From assembly GCA_905612365.1 (NCBI GenBank), contig CAJQRP010000004.1, forward strand, positions 1 to 42,117: 42,117 bases of DNA, given 5' to 3'. Each line of letters opens with the position of its first letter. Within the stretch, counting starts at the first letter, position 1. Below the pieces are notes generated by a model that searched no databases, was not told where the DNA came from, and saw nothing but the letters and a program-made list of their open reading frames with translations. This stretch comes from an uncultured Candidatus Pelagibacter sp. Lineage in GTDB: Bacteria > Pseudomonadota > Alphaproteobacteria > Pelagibacterales > Pelagibacteraceae. Below are positions 21,354 through 31,166 of the stretch, one piece after another. The position numbers and the translations under genes were made by a program.

Positions 21354-22073
21354 TTAGAAATTATCCTTTAAATCCCTTAATTTTGAAAAGGTTTCTAGAT
21401 TGCTGGACCTAAGGAAAATATTACACTCTAATTCATTCTTAATAGTTGATGGAATAGTGGGTAAACCATCTTTTAACTTTGCATCTATGCCATGTATCAT
21501 GGTTTTGAGATTACTGTTATTTGCATCATGAGTTAAGCAAAAATCTGAATTTTTTTTGGTATATTCATGACCACAATAAACTTTTGTATCTTCCGGTAAC
21601 TTCTTGAATTTCATTAAAGAATCAAACATCTGAGAGTATGTACCTTCAAATATTCTTCCACAGCCCAAAGAAAAAAGAGTATCGCCAGTAAAAACAGATT
21701 TTTCTTTATAAAAGTAAAAACAAATGTGACCAAGAGTATGTCCTGGAATATAGATTGCCTTAGCTTCAAAATTTTCATGTATCCAAGTTTCTTGATCGTT
21801 AAGTAATATATCTATTTCAGGAATTCTTTGTTTGTCCCCACTATATCCGACAACACCTGCTCCATATTTTTCTTTTAATTCTTTATTTCCACCTACATGA
21901 TCATAATGGTGATGTGTATTTAATATAAACTTTAATTTAATTTCATTATTCTCTAAATATTCAATAATAGGATCAGCCTCACTAGGGTCAATTACGCAAG
22001 CAGTATTATTTTCTTCATTAATTATCAAATAAGAATAGTTATCTTGCAGGCAAGGTATTATTTGAATTTTCAT
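21354..22073 (-). CDS. gloB: Hydroxyacylglutathione hydrolase (glyoxalase II)
   Basis: DNYSYL, THHHYDHVGG, PGHT, FTGDTLF, CGHEYT, LRDLKDNF. Confidence 0.95.
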   Translation of the reverse strand: MKIQIIPCLQDNYSYLIINEENNTACVIDPSEADPIIEYLENNEIKLKFILNTHHHYDHVGGNKELKEKYGAGVVGYSGDKQRIPEIDILLNDQETWIHENFEAKAIYIPGHTLGHICFYFYKEKSVFTGDTLFSLGCGRIFEGTYSQMFDSLMKFKKLPEDTKVYCGHEYTKKNSDFCLTHDANNSNLKTMIHGIDAKLKDGLPTIPSTIKNELECNIFLRSSNLETFSKLRDLKDNF

Positions 22074-22670
22074 CTATTTCTCAATTAAAAAAATTCCCAA
22101 TTCAGCTGACAGATTTTTAATATTAAGATTTATTTCATTGATAGGAGAAGTTTTTTCATTGCGAAGTGCTAATGCTTTATCTAATTTAATTTTTCTATCA
22201 TGGCAAAAGTTATAAAAATCTTTAATCGTACACATATGTAGATTTGGAGTGTTGTACCATTCATCAGGCAGATTTTTTGTAATGGGCATTGTTCCTTTGA
22301 TTAGTAAATGAAGCCTTACTTTCCAAAATCCAAAATTTGGCACTGTAACAATGGCTTTTTTCCCTACTCTTAAAAGTTCCTGAATAACTATTTCTGGATT
22401 TAGGAAAGCTTGAAGTGTCTGGCTCAAAATCACAAAATCAAAAGAACTATCTGGAAATTGTGTCAGATCCTTTTCTGCATCTCCTTCAATAACAGTTAAA
22501 CCTTTACCGACACACTTTTGAGAATTGCTTTTAGAAATTTCAATTCCTCTTATATCGATTTCTTTGTTGGTTTTTAAATATTCCATTAATGTTCCATCTC
22601 CACAGCCAACATCTAAAACTCTTGTATTTTTTTCAATAAAATCTGAGATTATTTTAAATTCTTGTTTCAT
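22074..22670 (-). CDS. metW: Methionine biosynthesis protein MetW
   Basis: VLDVGCGDG, ILSQTLQ, WYNTPNLH; directly after metX. Confidence 0.94.
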   Translation of the reverse strand: MKQEFKIISDFIEKNTRVLDVGCGDGTLMEYLKTNKEIDIRGIEISKSNSQKCVGKGLTVIEGDAEKDLTQFPDSSFDFVILSQTLQAFLNPEIVIQELLRVGKKAIVTVPNFGFWKVRLHLLIKGTMPITKNLPDEWYNTPNLHMCTIKDFYNFCHDRKIKLDKALALRNEKTSPINEINLNIKNLSAELGIFLIEK

Positions 22671-22672
22671 GG

Positions 22673-23791
22673 TTAAATTATTAAATAAGAGTTGTTAATA
22701 AAATTCTTTAAAGTATTTAAAAATTCAGGAACATCTAAAAGAAAAGAGTCATGTCCTTTGTCAGATTCAATTTCTACAAATGCAACGTCTGCTCCAATTG
22801 CATTTAAAGCTATAACAATTTCTTTATTTTCAGAAGTTGGATAAAGCCAATCCGAAGTGAACGATATAACAAGAAATTTGGTTTTAGTTTTTTCAAAAGC
22901 TTTTGATAAATTTCCACCATACTCCTTAGTTAAGTCAAAATAATCCATTGCTCTAGTAATATACAAATAACTGTTGGCATCAAACCTATCAACAAATACA
23001 GACCCTTGATGCCTTAAATAACTTTCTATTTGGAAGTCTGCATCAAAACTAAATTTTAAATCATCTCTTTCTTGTAATTTTCTTCCAAACTTTTCTTGTA
23101 AACCATTTTTAGATAAATAGGTTATATGGGCAGCCATTCTTGCAACAGATAAGCCTTTATTGGGGTTTTTATTTTGATTTGCATAGTCTCCATTTATCCA
23201 GTTGGTATCAGCCATTATAGATTGTCTGCCAAGTTCGTTAAAAGCAATATTTTGTGCTGAATGACTTGAAGTACAAGCAATTGGAATTGCTATCTTTGCT
23301 CTGTCAGGAAAATTACTTATAAATTGGAGAACTTGCATACCACCCATAGATCCACCCATGACTGCAAATAATTTTTCAATTTGAAAAAAATCTAAAAGGT
23401 TGTTTTGTGCATTTACCATGTCATTTATTGTAATAATAGGGAAGGTGGTTCCGTAAACTTTATTTGTTTCTGAGTTAGTATTGCTAGGGCCAAAAGAACC
23501 TAAACATCCACCAATTACATTAGCACAAATTATAAAATATTTGTTTGTATCAATAGCCTTATTAGGACCGACAGCATATGACCACCAACCATCTTTTTTA
23601 GTTATTGGGTTTATTCCAGAAACAAATTGATCACCAGTTAAAGCATGAAAGACTAAAATAGCATTATCCTTTTTTTCATTAAGAGCACCGTAAGTTTCAT
23701 AAGCTAAAGGAAAATTATTAATAGTCTGACCACAATCTAATTTTAGTGGTTTATCAATTATTATGCTTTTTGTGTTCACATTTTTATTCAT
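22673..23791 (-). CDS. metX: Homoserine O-acyltransferase
   Basis: HALTG, GGSMGG nucleophile elbow, RFDANSY, GHDSFL. Confidence 0.96.
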   Translation of the reverse strand: MNKNVNTKSIIIDKPLKLDCGQTINNFPLAYETYGALNEKKDNAILVFHALTGDQFVSGINPITKKDGWWSYAVGPNKAIDTNKYFIICANVIGGCLGSFGPSNTNSETNKVYGTTFPIITINDMVNAQNNLLDFFQIEKLFAVMGGSMGGMQVLQFISNFPDRAKIAIPIACTSSHSAQNIAFNELGRQSIMADTNWINGDYANQNKNPNKGLSVARMAAHITYLSKNGLQEKFGRKLQERDDLKFSFDADFQIESYLRHQGSVFVDRFDANSYLYITRAMDYFDLTKEYGGNLSKAFEKTKTKFLVISFTSDWLYPTSENKEIVIALNAIGADVAFVEIESDKGHDSFLLDVPEFLNTLKNFINNSYLII

Positions 23792-23828
23792 AAATAATAG
23801 CTAAATTTGAATTGTGAGATAAAAAAAA

Positions 23829-23878
23829 TTATTTAGCGGTTTTTTTTAAGCGCTCGCAATTCAGTTAAATCAGCGCAT
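23829..23878 (-). ncRNA. SAM-II riboswitch in the metX leader
   Basis: Minus strand GCGCUGAUUUAACUGAAUUGCGAGCGC-UUAAAAAAAACC-GCUAAAU. P1 GCGCU/AGCGC, conserved GAUUU and UUGC, A-rich linker and GCUAAA pseudoknot strand all match the SAM-II consensus; metX is the classic SAM-II context. Confidence 0.9.
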
Positions 23879-23882
23879 AATT

Positions 23883-23911
23883 TTTGTACTAGATAGTATT
23901 TCTTATGTCAA
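23883..23911 (-). promoter_or_regulatory. sigma70 promoter for the SAM-II/metX leader
   Basis: TTGACA-N17-TACAAA; predicted start near 23876-23877, at the 5' end of the aptamer. Confidence 0.65.
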
Positions 23912-23973
23912 ATTTTTTTAAAAATGACTTATTCTGTATGAAAATTTAATATTTTATTTATAAGATTGATAGA

Positions 23974-25056
23974 ATGACAGTTCCAAAGTTTAAAAAATTT
24001 AAAATAGAGGCCTATAAGCCAGGAAAATCAAACATAGGTAAACTCAAAAATATCATCAAATTATCAGCGAATGAGTCGGCGTTAGGTGTTAGCTCAAAAG
24101 TTAAGAAGGTATTAAATAATAAAAATTTAATCCTGTCTAAATATCCAGACAGCAAAGCCCAAGTTTTAAGAAAAGAAATTTCAAATAAATTTAATTGTGA
24201 TTTTAATAAGATTATTTGTGGAGCAGGGTCTGATGAAATAATTCAGATGATTTGCCAGCTATATTTAAGAGCGTCAGACGAAGTGATTGTACCTCAATAT
24301 AGCTTCTTAATGTATAGAATTTATGCACAAATCGTTGGAGCAAAAGTTATTTTTTCAAAAGAAAAAAATTTTAAAGTTTCAGTGCTAGAAATAATTAAAA
24401 AAGTTACAAAAAAAACAAAGATAGTTTTTATTGCTAATCCAAACAATCCTACAGGCACTTATTTAAGTAAATTAGAATTATTAGAATTAAGAAAAAAATT
24501 AAAAAAAAATATATTATTAGTCTTAGATGATGCGTATTTTGAATATATGAAAAATAAAGATTACAAGTCAAGCTTAGATCTATTTAAAGATAAGGATAAT
24601 GTAGTTGTAATAAGAACATTTTCTAAAATTTATGGATTAGCCTCTTTAAGAGTCGGTTGGGGTTATGCTTCAAAAAAAATTATTAATGCAATGAATTTAA
24701 TTAAACCACCATTTAATGTAAATCAACTCGCACAAATTGCAGCAACAGAAGCTTTAAAAGATAAAAATTTTATTAATCAATCTGTAAAGCATAATATTAC
24801 AGAAGCAAATAAAGTTAGAAACACTTTAGAAAAAATAAATATTTTTTCAAACGAAGTAACAGCTAATTTTTTATTACTAAATTTTGATAAATGTAAATTT
24901 TCAGCTAATTATGTTTTTAACAAACTGCAATCAAAAGGAATTATATTAAGATCTACAGAAGATGGATATAATATTAAAAACAAATTAAGGTTAACAATTG
25001 GATCTAAAAAAGAGAACGCAAAATTTATCAAAGAAGTTAAGGTTATATTTAATTAA
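23974..25056 (+). CDS. hisC: Histidinol-phosphate aminotransferase
   Basis: IKLSANES, NPNNPTG, DDAYFEY, RTFSKIYGLASLRVG. Confidence 0.94.
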   Translation: MTVPKFKKFKIEAYKPGKSNIGKLKNIIKLSANESALGVSSKVKKVLNNKNLILSKYPDSKAQVLRKEISNKFNCDFNKIICGAGSDEIIQMICQLYLRASDEVIVPQYSFLMYRIYAQIVGAKVIFSKEKNFKVSVLEIIKKVTKKTKIVFIANPNNPTGTYLSKLELLELRKKLKKNILLVLDDAYFEYMKNKDYKSSLDLFKDKDNVVVIRTFSKIYGLASLRVGWGYASKKIINAMNLIKPPFNVNQLAQIAATEALKDKNFINQSVKHNITEANKVRNTLEKINIFSNEVTANFLLLNFDKCKFSANYVFNKLQSKGIILRSTEDGYNIKNKLRLTIGSKKENAKFIKEVKVIFN

Positions 25057-25058
25057 TT

Positions 25059-25955
25059 ATGAAAAATATTTTAATTATAGGGTGTGGTTTAATTGGATCT
25101 TCATTATTACGATCAATAGTAGAAAAAAAAATAGTAAAAAAAATATTTGTTTATGAAAAATCTAAGTCAAATATTATAAAAATTAAAAAATTAAAATTAC
25201 CGTGTGAAGTTATAAGTGATTTCAAAAAAATTATCCCAAATGTAGATTTGATAATATTTTGTACTCCATTGAGTGAGTATGAAAAAATAATTTTAAAAAT
25301 AAATAAATACCTCTTACCAAAAACTATCATCACAGATGTTGGTTCATCTAAAGAAAAATCTATGGAATTAATTAAAAAGAAATTAAAGAAAGGAATTTTT
25401 TGGACGTCCAGCCATCCTATAGCAGGATCAGAAGTTAGTGGCCCTGAACATGGTGTAAAAAATTTATTTCATAATAAGTGGTGCATATTAATAAAAGAAA
25501 GAAGCACTAATGAGAAACACCTTCGGGCACTAAGTAAGTTTTGGAAAAAAATTGGTTCTAGAGTTACAATTATGGACTCTAAAAAACATGACACGGTCTT
25601 TTCTATGACAAGTCACTTACCTCACTTAATCGCGTATAATTTAGTTAAAACTGCAACAGACTTTGAAAAACAAAAAAAATATGAACTAATTAAATTTAGC
25701 GCGGGTGGTTTAAGAGATTTTTCAAGAATTGCTGCATCTAATGAAATTATGTGGAGAGACATATTTTTTAATAATCAAAAAAATATTTCAGAGGTTATTG
25801 ATTTATTTATCAAAAATTTACTTTCATTTAAAAAAGATATTCAATCTAAAAATAATAAATCCCTTATTAAAAAATTAATTAATACCAAAAAAGTTAGAAA
25901 AAAAATAATTAAATTAAAACAAGATATTAACAAACCAGATTTTGGTAGAAGTTAA
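25059..25955 (+). CDS. tyrA: Prephenate/arogenate (cyclohexadienyl) dehydrogenase
   Basis: GCGLIGSS, TDVGSSK, HPIAGSE, SHLPH, GGLRDFSRIA. Confidence 0.93.
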   Translation: MKNILIIGCGLIGSSLLRSIVEKKIVKKIFVYEKSKSNIIKIKKLKLPCEVISDFKKIIPNVDLIIFCTPLSEYEKIILKINKYLLPKTIITDVGSSKEKSMELIKKKLKKGIFWTSSHPIAGSEVSGPEHGVKNLFHNKWCILIKERSTNEKHLRALSKFWKKIGSRVTIMDSKKHDTVFSMTSHLPHLIAYNLVKTATDFEKQKKYELIKFSAGGLRDFSRIAASNEIMWRDIFFNNQKNISEVIDLFIKNLLSFKKDIQSKNNKSLIKKLINTKKVRKKIIKLKQDINKPDFGRS

Positions 25956-26699
25956 TTTTTTATAGAAGATACTTTTTTTACTATTAACTTTGCTGTTCTT
26001 TCAATTCTATCTATTGTTTTTGTTATAGACATAATTAAAACTTTTTTTTTCAGGTCCATATGCATGAATTAATTTTTTGGAACTCACGCAGATAGCAACA
26101 TGACCCTTCCAAAATATAATGTCTCCTTTTTTAAATATATCTTTTTTCATATTTTTTGTTGAGTATCCTATCTGATCTTTTGTATCTCTCGGATAATATT
26201 TATTATTATAATAATAGAATAATTGTAAAATAGCTGAACAATCTATTCCTCTATAAGTTTTGCCACCCCAAACATATTTAGTTCTCAAAAATAATTTTAA
26301 TATTTTTAAATAGTCCTTTTCTACATGATCAATTTTCTTGATATCTTTCTTTAAAATCCATTTATCTTTTTCAAATTCAGCAAACTTTTTGTTTTCTTGA
26401 ATAATTAAAACCTTTGATGCAAATGGTAAAAAATATTTTGTTTTTTTCTTTTGTTTATTAAAAATATTAATTTTTAAACTAAAAACTTTATGTGTAGGAT
26501 TATGATCATGTGTATAATTCTCATCTCTGATATAACCAATATAATTATCGTATGATGTTTTTATTTTTAACCAACCTTTATTTTTCGATAATACTTTGAA
26601 TTTTTCACCATATATAATTTGAGAGGTAACCTCAGAAACTTCAGATGGCTTCTTATAAATATTTGATAAAGGTTTTTTATAAAAATAATTATTTTTCAC
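25952..26699 (-). CDS. SH3-like + NlpC/P60 peptidase with an apparent frameshift near the 3' end (as sequenced it stops at 26007)
   Basis: YVWGG, GIDCS (catalytic Cys), GHV, IHA. Removing one base from the A9 run (+ strand T 26042-26050) gives ...EKKVLIMSITKTIDRIERTAKLIVKKVSSIKN with its stop at 25952-25954, overlapping the tyrA stop. Confidence 0.85.
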
Positions 26700-28065
26700 G
26701 GAGTTTTAGTTTATCTTTAATAAACCATAAACAAATCAAAGAAGGTATTACCATAACAGCTGTTAAGATGAAAAATACTCCCCAATCACCATTTAACCAA
26801 TCCACCAAAGCACCAGATGATGATGCGAGTGTTGTTCTGCCTGCCGTTCCAATCGAGGCAAGTAATGCATATTGAGTCGCTGTATAGGTTCTATCTACTA
26901 GCAGTGATATAAACGCAACAAATGCTACTGTCGCAAAAGCCGCTGCAATATCATCAAATATGACCGCTATAGCAAATAATAGTTCAGATTTATCACTCCA
27001 TGCTAAGACAGTAAATAATAAGTTTGTTGCAGCCATTAATATACCAGCAACAAACATTGCTTTTAAAACTCCAGACCTAATTACAAAAAGCCCACCTAAC
27101 AATGTAAAAATAACTGTAGTTACCCATCCCAAAGTTTTTGAGTAGATAGCAATATCACCTTTAGAAAATCCTATTTCTTTATAAAATACTATCGACATTC
27201 GCCCAAGAAAAGCCTCACCAATCTTAAATAAAAAAATAAAACTTAAAATTCCAATTGCAACTGAAAATCCATTTTTTTTAAAGAAACTTAGTATTGGACC
27301 ACCCAATGTACTACTGATCCAAGCAACAAATGTGGTTAAAATATTTTTTGACCCAAGTTTATTTGCTATTAAATTATCAGTCTCTCTTTGTTTAAGTTGT
27401 CTGTCAGTGGTAAGTGGCTCATGAACAAACATCAATCCTATATTCATTAAAATTATCACAATACCTAAAATTAAAAATGTAATTTGCCAGTAATTGCTAA
27501 CACCAATATTTTCTAAATATTGAGCAGCAAACAAAGCTATTACACCACCCAGTTTGTATCCACTCCACCACCCAACAACTGCCATAGCCGCACCAGCAGC
27601 CATTGATTTGCTTTCATCCACACCTATTTGTTCAATTCTTAAGGCATCAACAGTAATATCTTGTGTGGCTGAAGCTATAGCAATAATTAAACCAACTGTA
27701 ATTAAAAGTGCTAAGTTTTCAGTTGGGTTAATAAAGCTCCAAGTAACAAGGCAAATTAAAATTGCAATTTGCATTAATACTATCCAGCCTCTTCTATGAC
27801 CAAGTTTTTTTGTTAGGTATGGTATTTGAAGTCTGTCAACAAGTGGTGCCCACAAATAGTTAAAAGCGTAAACTGCAAATATTAAACCTGCCCAACCAAT
27901 TGTTGACCTACTCAACCCTTCTTCTTTAAGCCATAAACTCAAACTACTTCCTATGAGAACCCAGGGAAACCCCGAGATAGCCCCAAGCAATAATATTCTA
28001 AGCATTCTTTTATCCAGGTAGATAGAAAAAGTTTCTGAGAGTGATTGTTTTTTTATTTCAATCAT
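26689..28065 (-). CDS. ampG: AmpG-family muropeptide MFS permease
   Basis: LGAISGFP, YLWAPLVD, RRGWI, SATQDITVDA, YTATQYALLAS. Start moved to ATG 28065, which has GGAGG 8 nt upstream. Confidence 0.9.
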   Translation of the reverse strand: MIEIKKQSLSETFSIYLDKRMLRILLLGAISGFPWVLIGSSLSLWLKEEGLSRSTIGWAGLIFAVYAFNYLWAPLVDRLQIPYLTKKLGHRRGWIVLMQIAILICLVTWSFINPTENLALLITVGLIIAIASATQDITVDALRIEQIGVDESKSMAAGAAMAVVGWWSGYKLGGVIALFAAQYLENIGVSNYWQITFLILGIVIILMNIGLMFVHEPLTTDRQLKQRETDNLIANKLGSKNILTTFVAWISSTLGGPILSFFKKNGFSVAIGILSFIFLFKIGEAFLGRMSIVFYKEIGFSKGDIAIYSKTLGWVTTVIFTLLGGLFVIRSGVLKAMFVAGILMAATNLLFTVLAWSDKSELLFAIAVIFDDIAAAFATVAFVAFISLLVDRTYTATQYALLASIGTAGRTTLASSSGALVDWLNGDWGVFFILTAVMVIPSLICLWFIKDKLKLREK

Positions 28066-28067
28066 AA

Positions 28068-29513
28068 TTAATTCCTCCAAAAAGAAGGGAGAAACAATAC
28101 CAATATAGCAAACAATTCTAATCTACCCAAGATCATTCCGAGACTTAAAATCCATTTAGATATTTCGGGTATATTTGAAAAATTGCCATTAGGGCCAATT
28201 GTAGAGCCTAACCCTGGGCCAACATTGGAAATTGATGTGGCAGCACCTGAGATTGAGGTTACAAAATCTAAACCACTTAAAGATAAAAATGCAGTTATCA
28301 AAAAAAATATAACCAAGTAAAGAAAAATAAAAGAGATAATTGAAGCCATAAATTTATCATCTACTTTATTTTTATCATATTTAATTATAAATATGCCTCT
28401 TGGATAAATAATTTTTTTTAATTGATTAACAATAAATAGATATAAAATTTGAATTCTAAAAATCTTAATTCCACAAGTTGTTGAGCCAGCACAACCACCA
28501 ATAAACATTAAAGTTAAAAAGAAAATGAGTGGAAAATTACCCCATCCATCAAATTCTCCGGTGACATATCCCGTACCAGTTAAGATAGAAATAACGTTAA
28601 AAATAATTACTCTTATATTAATTTGAGAAAAATCTTTATTTTGAAAAAGTGAATAAATAGAAAGTAGAATAATTGAAAAAATAATTATCTTAATAAATGA
28701 TTTAATCTGGACATCGGAAGTAAATATTTTTTTATTACCATTTAAAAATTTTACATAAGCTATGAAAGGTATGCTACCCAGTATAATAAAAACTATAGAT
28801 GATATTTCAATGGGTAAACTATTAAAATATCCTATAGATTCATTATAATTCGAAAATCCACCTGTTGCTATTGTAGTCATGGAGTGAGTTAGGCTATCAA
28901 AAATATTCATACCAAAAATTTTATAGGTAACAGCACAAAGTGTTGTTAACACCAAATATACATAAATTAATCTAAGAGATATTTCCTTAGATTTTGGTAA
29001 TAACTTTTCTGAAGAATCGTTACTTGAAATCTTAAATAACTGCATTCCCCCAACGTTCATTATTGGCATAAGAGTTATTGCCATTACAATAATACCAATT
29101 CCCCCTAACCATTGAAGCATAGCTCGCCATAAAAGTATTGATCTAGGGGCGCCCTCCAAGTTTGAAATAATTGTAGATCCAGTAGTAGTAATACCAGACA
29201 TACTTTCAAAAAAAGAATCAGTAATGGATAATTCAAGAGTAGAAAAAATAAAAGGTAAAGAGCCAAATATCGCAATACTCAACCAAGAAAGAGCGGTTAA
29301 TAAGAATGCTTGTTGTAAGTTTAACTTTTTGTCATGGTTTAAATTTGTCAAAAAAAATAAAACACCAAATATTATTGAAATTATAGAAGCCCCAATAAAA
29401 GAAGAATCTAGTTCAGAATAAATAAATTGGGCTAAAATTGGAATCATCATAGAAATTCCAAGAATAATTTGCAAAACACCCAAGGTAAAAAAAACAGTTT
29501 TATAATTAGACAT
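28068..29513 (-). CDS. trkH: Trk-system potassium uptake protein
   Basis: FFESMSGITTTGST, QWLGGIG, ATGGF, GGCAGSTTCGIK, NVGPG, GRLEL. Confidence 0.95.
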   Translation of the reverse strand: MSNYKTVFFTLGVLQIILGISMMIPILAQFIYSELDSSFIGASIISIIFGVLFFLTNLNHDKKLNLQQAFLLTALSWLSIAIFGSLPFIFSTLELSITDSFFESMSGITTTGSTIISNLEGAPRSILLWRAMLQWLGGIGIIVMAITLMPIMNVGGMQLFKISSNDSSEKLLPKSKEISLRLIYVYLVLTTLCAVTYKIFGMNIFDSLTHSMTTIATGGFSNYNESIGYFNSLPIEISSIVFIILGSIPFIAYVKFLNGNKKIFTSDVQIKSFIKIIIFSIILLSIYSLFQNKDFSQINIRVIIFNVISILTGTGYVTGEFDGWGNFPLIFFLTLMFIGGCAGSTTCGIKIFRIQILYLFIVNQLKKIIYPRGIFIIKYDKNKVDDKFMASIISFIFLYLVIFFLITAFLSLSGLDFVTSISGAATSISNVGPGLGSTIGPNGNFSNIPEISKWILSLGMILGRLELFAILVLFLPSFWRN

Positions 29514-29603
29514 TTTGTTAGAACATTATTTTATGGTAAATAAATTTCAACTCTATAAGAGTTAATAATAACACCTAATATAAGATATTTCTTATTAAAC
29601 AAA

Positions 29604-31166
29604 GTGATTGAAAAAGAAAATTTAGATAAAACTAACGCATGGCCTTTTGTTGAGGCTAAAAAAATGTTGCGTGAAAGAAAATCCTTTATTGAGAAAAAAG
29701 GTAAAATTATTTTACAAACTGGCTATGGACCAAGTGGATTACCCCATATAGGTACCTTTGGTGAGGTAGCAAGAACATCAATGATGGTTAATGCGCTAAA
29801 ACAACTTACGGATATACCAACAGAAATTATAACCTTTTCAGATGACATGGATGGTTTCAGAAAAGTTCCTGAAAATGTACCTAATCAAGAGCTATTAAAT
29901 AAAAACCTTCATAAACCTTTAACCCAAGTACCAGATCCATTCAAAAAATTTTCAAGCTTTGGTGAGCATAATAATGAAATGTTAAAAGATTTTTTAGATA
30001 AATTTAAATTTGAGTATAGTTTTAAAAGTTCTTCAGTCCTCTATAAAAGTGGTTTTTTTAATCCAACGCTACAATTAATTTTAGAAAACTATCAGGGTAT
30101 CATGGATATAATTCTTCCAACACTTGGTAAGGAAAGACAAAGAACCTACAGTCCCTTTTTACCCATATGTCCAGATACTGGTAAGGTTTTAGAAATTCCG
30201 GTTTTAGAAATCTTAAAAGAAAAATCTAAAATTATCTTTGATAATAATGGAAAAAAACTTGAAACAAGTATTTTAGACGGACATTGTAAATTGCAGTGGA
30301 AAGTGGATTGGGCTATGAGGTGGTATGCCCTCGATATAGATTTTGAAATGTATGGAAAAGATTTAATAGAAAGTGCAATATTATCTTCAAGAATAGTTAA
30401 ATTAATTGGCAAAACAAACCCGTCTGGTTTTGCATATGAACTATTTTTAGATGAAAAAGGTGAAAAAATTTCAAAGTCAAAAGGTAATGGGATCACTATT
30501 GATCAGTGGTTAGAATATGCGTCTCCTGAAAGTCTTTCATTGTATATGTATCAAAATCCTAAAAGAGCAAAAAAACTATACAAAGAAATAGTTCCAAAAA
30601 CAGTTGATGAATATTTAGATTTTGTGGAAAAAGCTAAAAATCAAAATGAATTACAGTTATTAATGAATCCAGTTTGGCATGTACATAATGGATTAATTCC
30701 TAAAGAAGATACTATTATGAGTTTTTCAATGCTTTTAAATTTAGTGGAGGCAAGTAATGCAGATACCAAGGAATTACTTTGGAAGTTTGTAAAAAAATAT
30801 AAAAAAGATATCTCAGAAAAAGATCATATAATTTTTGATAATTTAATTGGGTACGCTATTAAATACTTTAATGATGTAATCAAACTTCAGAAAAAATATA
30901 AGAAACCAGATTCAAACGAAAAAATTGCATTAGAGGCTCTGGTAAAGACTCTTGATGATTGTAATGATGCAATGTTACCTGAGGATATTCAAACATTAAT
31001 TTACTCAACTGGAAAAGAAAATGGATATTCAGAAAATCTACGTGATTGGTTTAAATTGATTTATGAAGTCGTATTTGGAGATGAAAATGGTCCAAGAATG
31101 GGCTTTTTTATAAGCTTCTTTGGAGTTAATGAAACTAAAAAATTAATAACAGAAAAAATAAAATAA
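29604..31166 (+). CDS. lysS: Lysyl-tRNA synthetase, class I (GTG start)
   Basis: TGYGPSGLPHIGT (HIGH-like), KLQWKVDW, KISKSKGN (KMSKS-like), GPRMG. Confidence 0.96.
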   Translation: MIEKENLDKTNAWPFVEAKKMLRERKSFIEKKGKIILQTGYGPSGLPHIGTFGEVARTSMMVNALKQLTDIPTEIITFSDDMDGFRKVPENVPNQELLNKNLHKPLTQVPDPFKKFSSFGEHNNEMLKDFLDKFKFEYSFKSSSVLYKSGFFNPTLQLILENYQGIMDIILPTLGKERQRTYSPFLPICPDTGKVLEIPVLEILKEKSKIIFDNNGKKLETSILDGHCKLQWKVDWAMRWYALDIDFEMYGKDLIESAILSSRIVKLIGKTNPSGFAYELFLDEKGEKISKSKGNGITIDQWLEYASPESLSLYMYQNPKRAKKLYKEIVPKTVDEYLDFVEKAKNQNELQLLMNPVWHVHNGLIPKEDTIMSFSMLLNLVEASNADTKELLWKFVKKYKKDISEKDHIIFDNLIGYAIKYFNDVIKLQKKYKKPDSNEKIALEALVKTLDDCNDAMLPEDIQTLIYSTGKENGYSENLRDWFKLIYEVVFGDENGPRMGFFISFFGVNETKKLITEKIK

